The notes beneath the pieces were generated by a model that worked only from the letters and a program-made list of their open reading frames with translations, searched no databases and was not told the DNA's origin. A program made the position numbers and the translations under genes. Positions 48,134-57,529 of a stretch of DNA of 64,000 nt are shown in pieces (the first letter of the stretch is position 1; every line of letters begins with the position of its first letter). This DNA comes from Clostridia bacterium (GTDB lineage: Bacteria; Bacillota; Clostridia; UBA1381): positions 106 through 64,105 of the forward strand of contig JAZULN010000021.1 of assembly GCA_045603125.1 (NCBI GenBank). The letters are read 5' to 3'.

Positions 48134-48162
48134 ATTATACATCAAATATTTATAATATGCAA
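48134..48162 (-). promoter_or_regulatory. Sigma-A type promoter for argGH
   Basis: On the minus strand: TTGCAT, 17 nt, TATAAT. Confidence 0.5.
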
Positions 48163-48205
48163 TAGAGAAATGTAATAAATAATAAAAAAAAGAGAGGCGT
48201 TTTTT

Positions 48206-48706
48206 GTGATAATTTTAGGTATCGACCCCGGATATGCAATCGTAGGGGTGGGAGTAATAGAATATAAGGGCAATAAATTCAGGCCCATTGAGTATGATGC
48301 TATAACCACCCACTCGTCAATGGCGTCGAGCTTGAGACTCAAATGGATATACGATGAAATATGCATTTTTTTGGATAAATATAAACCCGATGCGGTTGCA
48401 ATAGAAGAACTTTTTTTCAACACCAACGCAAAAACTGCGATTTTAGTGGCACAAGCAAGAGGTGTGTTGGTAGTTGCCGCAACAAATAGAGGAATCCCTG
48501 TATATGAATATACGCCTTTACAGATAAAGCAGGCGGTGACAGGGTATGGTAGAGCCGAAAAGCAACAGATTCAGCAGATGGTGAAGATGCTTTTAAATTT
48601 AAACGCCGTTCCCAAACCCGACGATGCGGCAGATGCTTTGGCTGTTGCTATATGCCACGCCCATTCGGGGAAGATAAACGAGGAGTTCGGGTTAAATAGG
48701 CTATAA
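48206..48706 (+). CDS. ruvC: Crossover junction endodeoxyribonuclease RuvC
   Basis: (GTG)[17 protein letters not shown] start and C-terminal [15 protein letters not shown]. Confidence 0.9.
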   Translation: MIILGIDPGYAIVGVGVIEYKGNKFRPIEYDAITTHSSMASSLRLKWIYDEICIFLDKYKPDAVAIEELFFNTNAKTAILVAQARGVLVVAATNRGIPVYEYTPLQIKQAVTGYGRAEKQQIQQMVKMLLNLNAVPKPDDAADALAVAICHAHSGKINEEFGLNRL

Positions 48707-48735
48707 AATTTGTCAAAAGAATGTAATATAATCTT

Positions 48736-48767
48736 AACGGTTAAGTCGTTGACTTGGCCGTTTTTTT
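48736..48767 (+). terminator. Terminator between ruvC and ruvA
   Basis: ACGGTTAAGTC-GTT-GACTTGGCCGT (two G-U pairs) followed by T7. Confidence 0.65.
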
Positions 48768-48830
48768 GTTTTATTATATAATAGGGTGTAAAATACGCTA
48801 CACTTATAATTTTTTAAAAGAGGAATGGCT

Positions 48831-49415
48831 ATGTATTACTATATAAAGGGCGAATTTGTGAAAAAAGGTGATAGCTTTATAGTTATCGATGCAGGCGGTG
48901 TTGGATATAAAATCTACACATCGGCTATGGCAATCGGCAAGATGCCTGAGGTTGGGGAAGAGGCAAAGATTTATACATATCTTCACGTAAGAGAGGATAC
49001 CTTCGACCTATATGGTTTTCCAACTAACGACGAGCTTTTGATGTTCCAAAACCTTATATCGGTATCAGGCGTAGGCCCAAAAGTCGGTCTTGCAATTCTA
49101 TCTGTTTTAACTCCTCAGGAGATTATAGTTGCAATCATGAAAAAAGATATAAAGGCAATCACAAAAGCGCCGGGGGTAGGGCCAAAAGTTGCAGAGAGAA
49201 TAATATTAGAGCTTAAGAATAAAATCAAGGATATTGACGCTATCCCTGAAGAATACGGGAATTTTGATAATTCCGACACAGAAAATGAGGCGGTTTTAGC
49301 ACTTGTGAGTCTTGGATATTCTCAAGCCGAGGCAAAGAAAGCGGTAGGCTTGGTAAGTGGTGACTTAGGTGTTGAGGAGATAATAAAAGAAGCCTTGAAA
49401 AAACTTATGAGGTAG
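48831..49415 (+). CDS. ruvA: Holliday junction DNA helicase subunit RuvA
   Basis: MYYYIKGEF start with HhH repeats (VSGVGPKVGLAIL, APGVGPKVAERI). Confidence 0.9.
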   Translation: MYYYIKGEFVKKGDSFIVIDAGGVGYKIYTSAMAIGKMPEVGEEAKIYTYLHVREDTFDLYGFPTNDELLMFQNLISVSGVGPKVGLAILSVLTPQEIIVAIMKKDIKAITKAPGVGPKVAERIILELKNKIKDIDAIPEEYGNFDNSDTENEAVLALVSLGYSQAEAKKAVGLVSGDLGVEEIIKEALKKLMR

Positions 49416-49425
49416 GTGATAGATT

Positions 49426-50436
49426 GTGATATTTAGCGAAGACGAAAGAATAGTTACAAGTGAATATACCGAGGCGGATATGGAGATAGAAACGGGACTA
49501 AGACCTCATAAATTAGAGGAATATGTGGGTCAGATAAAGGCAAAGGACAATCTATCTATCTACATAAAAGCCGCCCTTGACCGCCATGAGGCACTAGACC
49601 ATGTGTTATTATACGGTCCACCGGGGCTTGGTAAGACTACCTTAGCCGGTGTTATTGCCAATGAGATGGGAGTAAATATCAGGGTTACAAGCGGACCTGC
49701 CATAGAAAAGGCGGGGGATTTGGCGGCAATTTTAACCAACCTTTCTCAGCACGATATCCTTTTTATCGACGAGATTCATCGCCTTAGCCGTACTGTTGAG
49801 GAGATTTTATATCCTGCAATGGAGGACTATGCATTAGACATCATAATCGGAAAAGGGCCGTCGGCAAAGTCTATTCGTTTGGATTTACCAAAATTTACCC
49901 TGATTGGTGCAACAACAAGAGCCGGAAACTTAACAGCACCTCTAAGAGACAGATTCGGCGTGCTTTTGAGACTAGAACTATATGAAGTGGACGAGCTTAT
50001 AAAGATTATAACCCGTTCTGCAAAGCTATTGAACGTTGAAATCGCACCCGACGGTGCAAAAGAGATTGCAATGAGGTCACGTGGAACCCCGAGAATTGCA
50101 AATAGACTCTTAAAGCGAGTTCGTGACTATGCTCAGGTAAAATACGACGGAGTTATAACAAAGCAGGTCGCTGACGAGGCACTGCTTTCTATGGAAATAG
50201 ACAGCAAGGGTCTTGATAACATCGACCATAAAATGATTTTAACTATGATTCAAAACTTCGGCGGCGGTCCTGTCGGGTTAGATACCCTGGCGGCAACCAT
50301 CGGCGAGGATTCAAATACAATTGAGGATGTATATGAGCCATATTTGTTACAATTAGGATTTCTTGCAAGAACTCCTAAAGGGAGAATTGTGACAAAGCTT
50401 GGCTATGAGCATTTTAATATGCCGTATACCGAGTAA
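49426..50436 (+). CDS. ruvB: Holliday junction DNA helicase RuvB
   Basis: [12 protein letters not shown], Walker [10 protein letters not shown], Walker B FIDEIHRL. Confidence 0.95.
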   Translation: MIFSEDERIVTSEYTEADMEIETGLRPHKLEEYVGQIKAKDNLSIYIKAALDRHEALDHVLLYGPPGLGKTTLAGVIANEMGVNIRVTSGPAIEKAGDLAAILTNLSQHDILFIDEIHRLSRTVEEILYPAMEDYALDIIIGKGPSAKSIRLDLPKFTLIGATTRAGNLTAPLRDRFGVLLRLELYEVDELIKIITRSAKLLNVEIAPDGAKEIAMRSRGTPRIANRLLKRVRDYAQVKYDGVITKQVADEALLSMEIDSKGLDNIDHKMILTMIQNFGGGPVGLDTLAATIGEDSNTIEDVYEPYLLQLGFLARTPKGRIVTKLGYEHFNMPYTE

Positions 50437-50477
50437 TTTTTAAAAAAGTGTGGATATGGAGGGAGTGAAAAAGGGTT

Positions 50478-52142
50478 TTGAAAAGGATTTTTGCGACAAT
50501 TTTTAGTCTTATAATATTAACTTTATCCCTGCCGGCGTCGGCAAAGGGAATTGAGCTTTTTTATGATAATGAATATCATCTTTATAAGGGGAGTATATTT
50601 TCACTTTATGTAAATGATACCCCGGTTCAGTCTGTAATGGAGCCGATTATATTTAATAACCGGGCGTTAGTGCCATTAAGAGAAGTATTTGAAGGCTTGG
50701 GTCAAAAGGTGGAATATGATAATTTGACAAAGGAAATTACAGTTTCGGGTGGTGAAAAATCGGTAAAACTTCAGATTGGGAACCCGACGGCTTATATAGA
50801 CGGCAAGGAAACCACAATACCTGACGGTGTTGTGCCAAAACTCATAACCAAGGTGGGAGTGGAAACCAAGACCATGGTGCCGGTTCGGTTTGTATCGGAG
50901 AATGTGGGACTTTTGGTGAATTTTGATGAGAAAAACGGTGCGATAAGGATAAATAACCCGGAGCCTCAAAAACCGGAAGAGCCGGAAGAACCCGAGGAGG
51001 AAAAGATAATCATAAAAGCACCGGTAATAACCGAAAAGAGTGACCGTGTGACCCAGATTAAGATAAAACTGTCTTCGGCTATGGAGAATAAATTTAAGAC
51101 GTCAGTAACATCGGCAGGGGTATTATATTTTGATATAGAAAATGCAGAATATGAAGGAAAGTCACAGACAGAGGTAAACCATGGAGCAGTTAAGATGGTA
51201 AGACTGGGACTTCACGAAGATTACACAAGAGTTGCCGTTGATATGGAAGACTACTTAAAGTATGACACTGCTATTTCTGCAGACAAAAAGACTATAACCA
51301 TAATTGTAACTAAAAAATCGGAGAACTCGGAAGAAGAACCGGATGACGAGGAGATACCAAACGACGAGGAAGAAAAAGACCCTGAAGAAGGTGAGGGTGA
51401 CGCTCCGGTAGAGGTGCCTGAAAATGATACTGTTACGGTAGATGTTAAAGGTATGATGGATTACACTCCGTCAGAGGGTGTGAAATATGTTATAATTGAT
51501 GCAGGTCACGGCGGAACCGACCCGGGGGCACAAGGTATAATAGAAGATAAAAAATATAACGAAAAGGATATAAATTTAAGTGTTGCAAAAATGGTACGGG
51601 ATAAGCTGGAAGATGAGGGCGTTAAGGTTATTATGACTCGGGAAACCGATACCTTCCCGACCCTGCAGGAGCGTCCGAAACTTGCAAACAGTATGGACGC
51701 GGCAATGTTTGTGAGTATCCATGTAAACTCTGCTGCCAATGCCCCGAAGGCAAACGGTATTGAGGTTTATTATGCAAAAGGTAATAACGAAAACTATTAT
51801 GGCACCACATCCAAGGCATTGGCTACATCTGTTTTAAATTCAATGTTAGCTTCAACCGACGCATTCAGCCGTGGGGTGAAGGTGGAAAGCCATCTGGTAA
51901 CAAGAAAGAGTCTGATGCCGGCAATTTTGGTAGAGGTTGGATTTATCAGTAATGAAGAAGAAATTCTAAAGCTAATCGACGAAGATTATCAGGAGCTTTT
52001 AGCTGACGGCATTGTGGAAGGGATATTGGCACATTTAGATAAGATTGAAGTGCCGGATAGACGTGAGCTTGCCGAGATGATGGTCGCAAAAGAAATAGGC
52101 GAGGAAAAAGCAAAGGAATATATTGAAAAAGTGTGGAAATAG
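50478..52142 (+). CDS. Secreted N-acetylmuramoyl-L-alanine amidase (copper-amine-oxidase-like N-terminal domain, AMIN-like middle, Amidase_3 C-terminus)
   Basis: Signal peptide, NNRALVPLREVFEGLG stalk domain, an acidic PEEPEE linker, and IIDAGHGGTDPGA...SIHVNS amidase_3 motifs. Confidence 0.8.
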   Translation: MKRIFATIFSLIILTLSLPASAKGIELFYDNEYHLYKGSIFSLYVNDTPVQSVMEPIIFNNRALVPLREVFEGLGQKVEYDNLTKEITVSGGEKSVKLQIGNPTAYIDGKETTIPDGVVPKLITKVGVETKTMVPVRFVSENVGLLVNFDEKNGAIRINNPEPQKPEEPEEPEEEKIIIKAPVITEKSDRVTQIKIKLSSAMENKFKTSVTSAGVLYFDIENAEYEGKSQTEVNHGAVKMVRLGLHEDYTRVAVDMEDYLKYDTAISADKKTITIIVTKKSENSEEEPDDEEIPNDEEEKDPEEGEGDAPVEVPENDTVTVDVKGMMDYTPSEGVKYVIIDAGHGGTDPGAQGIIEDKKYNEKDINLSVAKMVRDKLEDEGVKVIMTRETDTFPTLQERPKLANSMDAAMFVSIHVNSAANAPKANGIEVYYAKGNNENYYGTTSKALATSVLNSMLASTDAFSRGVKVESHLVTRKSLMPAILVEVGFISNEEEILKLIDEDYQELLADGIVEGILAHLDKIEVPDRRELAEMMVAKEIGEEKAKEYIEKVWK

Positions 52143-52145
52143 ACT

Positions 52146-53171
52146 ATGTTTGAAACTAAGGATTTTTATTATGACCTGCCCGAGGAATTGATTGCACAGA
52201 CTCCATTAAAAAACAGGGCAGAATCAAGGCTTATGTGCCTTGATAAAAAAAGTGGTGAAATTTCACATAAGCATTTTTATGATATTTTAGATTATTTAAC
52301 CGAAGGCGACGCATTGATTTTAAATGACACAAAGGTTCTTCCGGCAAGACTTTATGGTGAAAAAGAGGGAACGGGCGGTGCAATAGAGTTTTTGCTCTTA
52401 AATAAAAGGAGCCTTGATGAATGGGAAGTAATCTTAAAGCCGGGCAGACGTGCAAAACCGGGTGCTAGATTCATATTTGGTGGCGGGAAACTAAAAGCTG
52501 AGGTCTTGGATATCGTAAATGAAGGAAACCGTCTTGTAAAGTTTTATTACGACGGCGTATTTGAAAATATCCTGGATGAGCTGGGTGAAATGCCGCTGCC
52601 GCCATACATTACCGAAAAGCTTGAAGATAAAAATCGCTATCAGACCGTGTATGCACGCCACGAAGGTTCGGCGGCAGCTCCTACTGCCGGGCTTCACTTT
52701 ACCGAAGAGCTTTTGGAAAAGATAAAGAATAAGGGTGTAAATATTGGGTATGTTACCCTTCATGTGGGACTCGGAACCTTCAGACCCGTAAAGGTAGAAA
52801 ATATCTCGGACCACAAGATGCACTCGGAGTTTTACGTGATGCCACCTGAAACCGCAGAGCTTATAAATAAAACCAAGTCTAGCGGGAAACGTGTTATTTC
52901 TGTTGGAACAACTGCAACGAGGGTTATGGAAACAGTTGGAGCAAAGGGTGAGATTAAAGCCGATTCCGGCTGGACAGATATTTTTATATATCCGGGAAAA
53001 GAGTTTCGGGTAATAGATGCCTTAATTACCAACTTTCATCTGCCTGAATCTACCTTGATTATGCTTGTAAGTGCTCTTGCCGGGCGAGAGAACGTACTGA
53101 ATGCCTACGATGTGGCGGTAAAGGAAAAGTATAGATTTTTTAGCTTTGGCGATGCGATGTTTATTCAATGA
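52146..53171 (+). CDS. queA: S-adenosylmethionine:tRNA ribosyltransferase-isomerase
   Basis: [21 protein letters not shown] and HAGLGTF-like ([10 protein letters not shown]) motifs. Confidence 0.95.
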   Translation: MFETKDFYYDLPEELIAQTPLKNRAESRLMCLDKKSGEISHKHFYDILDYLTEGDALILNDTKVLPARLYGEKEGTGGAIEFLLLNKRSLDEWEVILKPGRRAKPGARFIFGGGKLKAEVLDIVNEGNRLVKFYYDGVFENILDELGEMPLPPYITEKLEDKNRYQTVYARHEGSAAAPTAGLHFTEELLEKIKNKGVNIGYVTLHVGLGTFRPVKVENISDHKMHSEFYVMPPETAELINKTKSSGKRVISVGTTATRVMETVGAKGEIKADSGWTDIFIYPGKEFRVIDALITNFHLPESTLIMLVSALAGRENVLNAYDVAVKEKYRFFSFGDAMFIQ

Positions 53172-53197
53172 GTTTCATTGAATAAACAAGGGAAGAG

Positions 53198-53249
53198 GTA
53201 ATAGCGAATAGTGAAGAGGTTTGGTAGGTTTTCGCTTTTAGCGAAAACC
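53198..53249 (+). repeat. 24-nt purine-rich box plus 9-bp hairpin; second copy of the element at 41422-41469
   Basis: GTAATAGCGAATAGTGAAGAGGTT (53198-221) is 21/24 identical to 41422-41445. It is followed 5 nt later by GGTTTTCGC-TTTTA-GCGAAAACC. Confidence 0.65.
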
Positions 53250-53277
53250 TGAAAACCGTATTTTGTGGAGGAAGAGT

Positions 53278-54303
53278 ATGAGGGAAACTGTTAAAAGAGA
53301 TATTGGAATAGACCTTTTGAAGGTTTTTGCAATCTTTGGGGTTTTGATAATCCATACATGCTCATACGATGCACCAATCGGGACCTCTAATTGGTATGGG
53401 AGCCTTTTTTGGGGGTCTTTGAGCCGTGCCTCAGTTCCGATATTTTTAATGACAAGCGGTGCTATGATGCTTTCAAAGGATTACACCCTAAAAAAGCTAT
53501 TTACAAAGAATATTTTAAGAATTATAATCGCAATGTTTTTCTGGGCGACTCTTTATAAAGCCTTTCATCTTTATATCGACTCAAATCTTACAAAAGACAC
53601 ATTTTTACAGGGTATAAAAGAGGTCCTTCTCTTTAACCAGGAGTTTCACTTTTATTATCTTCATATGATATTGATTGTATATTTATTCCTGCCAATTACA
53701 AGGATAATTGTAAAAAATGCGACAAAAAAGCAAATGCAGTATCTTTTGGGGATATGGTTTTTCCTTGCAATCTTTTTGCCAACGGCAATGCCATATAAAC
53801 CGCTTAGTATGATGGGTATACGGGGTATGTGGCCGATTGGAATTACTTATGCATCTATTGGTTATGGAATCTTGGGTTATTACATTAAAAAGCACCCGAT
53901 TCCGAGATTGATTTCAATTATTCTGATTTTAGCAGGATTTTCGGTAATATTTTTCGGAACTTCTTATATGTCTTTAAAATATAATATGTTATATGAACAT
54001 TTTCTTTCGGGGACAGGTATTGGTGCCTTTACTATGGCAGTCGGAATTTTTGGGTTTTTAAGCCGGGTTAATGTTAAAAATAAAGGCATAGAGAAGACGG
54101 CGATTGGGATTTCAAAGGCATCCTTCCTGGTTTATTTGGTTCACGTATTCTTTTTGATTATAATGAAAGAGGTTGGAATTACAGTAGGATTTTGTCCATA
54201 TGTAATCTCGATCCCTGTACTTTCGTTGGTTAATTTGGCGGCATCATTAGCGGTGTATGCTATATTATCCCGGATACCGGTATTGAGAAATTGGGTTATT
54301 TAA
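53278..54303 (+). CDS. Acyltransferase family 3 integral membrane protein
   Basis: About 10 TM segments. N-terminal DLLKVFAIFGVLIIH is typical of Acyl_transf_3. GGAGG before the ATG at 53278. Confidence 0.7.
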   Translation: MRETVKRDIGIDLLKVFAIFGVLIIHTCSYDAPIGTSNWYGSLFWGSLSRASVPIFLMTSGAMMLSKDYTLKKLFTKNILRIIIAMFFWATLYKAFHLYIDSNLTKDTFLQGIKEVLLFNQEFHFYYLHMILIVYLFLPITRIIVKNATKKQMQYLLGIWFFLAIFLPTAMPYKPLSMMGIRGMWPIGITYASIGYGILGYYIKKHPIPRLISIILILAGFSVIFFGTSYMSLKYNMLYEHFLSGTGIGAFTMAVGIFGFLSRVNVKNKGIEKTAIGISKASFLVYLVHVFFLIIMKEVGITVGFCPYVISIPVLSLVNLAASLAVYAILSRIPVLRNWVI

Positions 54304-54323
54304 AAGATATAAAATATTAATAA

Positions 54324-55469
<1,146 letters not shown>

Positions 55470-55485
55470 AAATTTGGAGGATAAT

Positions 55486-56814
55486 ATGGCAGCAAAACCA
55501 AAAAAGCATTTATCTTCGGCTCAGATAATTCTCTTTGGATTTTTGGGAGTAATACTTTTGGGAGCACTTCTTCTGATGTTACCGATATCATCAAAATCAG
55601 GGAATATAACGCCGTTTTTAGATGCCTTCTTTACCTCGACTTCTGCCACTTGTGTTACAGGGCTTGTTGTTAAAGATACGGCTACATATTGGTCGGAGTT
55701 CGGGCAGTTTATAATCCTTTTGCTTATTCAAATCGGAGGCTTGGGTGTTGTAACCATTGCCGTATCGTTGGCTGTGCTCTCAGGAAAAAAGATTGGGCTT
55801 ATGCAAAGAAGCACAATGCAGGAGTCGATTTCAGCTCCGAAAATTGGCGGAATGGTGAAACTGACAGGATTTATATTAAAAGGTACATTTTTAATTGAAC
55901 TTCTGGGGGCTTTGTGTCTTATGCCTGTATTTATTGGAAGTTTTGGCAAAAAAGGAATATGGATGTCCTTTTTTCATTCGGTTTCTGCTTTTTGTAACGC
56001 GGGATTTGACCTTATGGGCGGAGTGGAAAAGTTTTCTTCTTTAACGACCTATGCCGGCTCGGGTGTTGTAAATATTGTTATAATGACCTTGATTGTTGTG
56101 GGCGGTATTGGATTTTTGGTATGGGAGGACATAAAAACCAACAAGTGGAAGATAAAAAGATATAAAATGCAAAGTAAGGTAGTTTTGATTACAACGGCAA
56201 TCCTTATTATTCTGCCATTTATATATTTTTATTTTGTAGAATATTCATCAGAAAGTGGTGGCAGAAGGTTTTTGGTATCGCTTTTTCAGGCAGTCACTCC
56301 AAGAACCGCCGGATTTAACACGGCAGATTATTCTGCTATGAGCGAAACAGGAAGAACGATAACGATATTGTTAATGTTAATCGGCGGTTCGCCGGGATCT
56401 ACCGCCGGCGGTATGAAGACAACTACAGTTGCCATATTGATGTTTTCCGCTGTTTCGGTATTCAGAAGGAAAAATGACATAGAATGTTTTGGCAGAAGAG
56501 TTTCGGAAGATAGCATAAAAAATGCAGCGGCGATTCTTCTTATGTATCTGGTGCTTTTTGTAGGCGGCGGACTTTTAATAAACGCTTTAGAAAATGTACC
56601 TGTGGGCATCTGTTTTTTTGAAACGGCATCTGCAATAGGTACAGTAGGACTTTCTATGGGTCTTACTCCAACCTTGGGGGCGGCTTCCAAGGTGGTGCTT
56701 GCCGTATTAATGTTTTTTGGAAGAGTGGGCGGATTGACAGTTATCTTTGCAACTTTAACGCCCAAAAACAGAAATTTATCAAAAAAACCCATGGAAAAGA
56801 TTACAGTGGGCTAA
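55486..56814 (+). CDS. TrkH/KtrB-family potassium transporter membrane subunit
   Basis: Repeated selectivity-filter-like segments (TATCVTGL, NAGFD, RTAGFN, SAIGTVGLS). GGAGG before the ATG at 55486. Confidence 0.85.
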   Translation: MAAKPKKHLSSAQIILFGFLGVILLGALLLMLPISSKSGNITPFLDAFFTSTSATCVTGLVVKDTATYWSEFGQFIILLLIQIGGLGVVTIAVSLAVLSGKKIGLMQRSTMQESISAPKIGGMVKLTGFILKGTFLIELLGALCLMPVFIGSFGKKGIWMSFFHSVSAFCNAGFDLMGGVEKFSSLTTYAGSGVVNIVIMTLIVVGGIGFLVWEDIKTNKWKIKRYKMQSKVVLITTAILIILPFIYFYFVEYSSESGGRRFLVSLFQAVTPRTAGFNTADYSAMSETGRTITILLMLIGGSPGSTAGGMKTTTVAILMFSAVSVFRRKNDIECFGRRVSEDSIKNAAAILLMYLVLFVGGGLLINALENVPVGICFFETASAIGTVGLSMGLTPTLGAASKVVLAVLMFFGRVGGLTVIFATLTPKNRNLSKKPMEKITVG

Positions 56815-56826
56815 GGAGGAATTTTT

Positions 56827-57474
56827 ATGAAATCGGTGTTGTTGATAGGTATGGGACGTTTTGGAAGACACATTGCAAAAAAATTATCCCAGCTTAACCA
56901 TCAGGTAATGGCAATAGATAAGTGTGAAGAAAATATTGATGAAATTCTTCCTTATGTTACCAATGCACAGATTGGCGACAGTACTAATGAGGAATTTTTA
57001 AAAAGCCTTGGAGTTAATGATTATGACCTTTCAATAGTTGCCATAAGTGAAGACTTTCAAAGTTCACTTGAAACCACATCTCTTTTAAAAGAGCTTGGTG
57101 CAAAAATGATTATATCCAGAGCGGAAACTGATATTCATGCAAAGTTTTTGACCCGAAATGGTGCAGATGAGGTCATATATCCTGAAAAACAGGTAGCCGA
57201 CTGGACTGCCATAAGATACACATCAGACCACATCTTAGATTATATTGAAATAAATGATAAATATGCAATATATGAAGTGGAAATTCCGGGAAATTGGATT
57301 GGAAAGACTATTATGGAATTGGATATCAGAAAGAAGTTCAACGTAAACGTAATGGCTTTGAAGACTGACGGAAAGCTTTCTATGTCTGTTAGTCCGGAAC
57401 AAATTCTTGAAAAAAATCAAACTTTACTTGTAGTGGGAGAGTATGAAGATATTCAAAAATGCTTTCATATATAA
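56827..57474 (+). CDS. TrkA/KtrA-family potassium uptake regulatory subunit (RCK N and C domains)
   Basis: LLIGMGRFGRHIA Rossmann motif; 215 aa. Confidence 0.85.
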   Translation: MKSVLLIGMGRFGRHIAKKLSQLNHQVMAIDKCEENIDEILPYVTNAQIGDSTNEEFLKSLGVNDYDLSIVAISEDFQSSLETTSLLKELGAKMIISRAETDIHAKFLTRNGADEVIYPEKQVADWTAIRYTSDHILDYIEINDKYAIYEVEIPGNWIGKTIMELDIRKKFNVNVMALKTDGKLSMSVSPEQILEKNQTLLVVGEYEDIQKCFHI

Positions 57475-57480
57475 AAACTA

Positions 57481-57525
57481 ACCGCCAAGTGTCGGATTTT
57501 AGTCTGACACCTGGCGGTATTTTTT
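57481..57525. terminator. Bidirectional terminator between ktrA-like gene and the ATPase
   Basis: ACCGCCAAGTGTCGGA..TCTGACACCTGGCGGT followed by a T-run. Confidence 0.8.
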
Positions 57526-57529
57526 ACAA

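Noticed and set aside
48055-48205. ArgR/AhrC operator (ARG box) upstream of argG
   Set aside because: The AT-rich segments TGTATTAAAAATGA and TGTATAATAATTA only loosely resemble the TGAATAAAAATTCA-type box. That is too weak to call without a position weight matrix scan.
53172-53277. preQ1 riboswitch, given the queA/tgt neighbours
   Set aside because: The downstream gene is an acyltransferase, not a queuosine gene. I could not find the short hairpin plus A-rich tail consensus of preQ1-I or the preQ1-II fold. This would need a cmscan to exclude formally.
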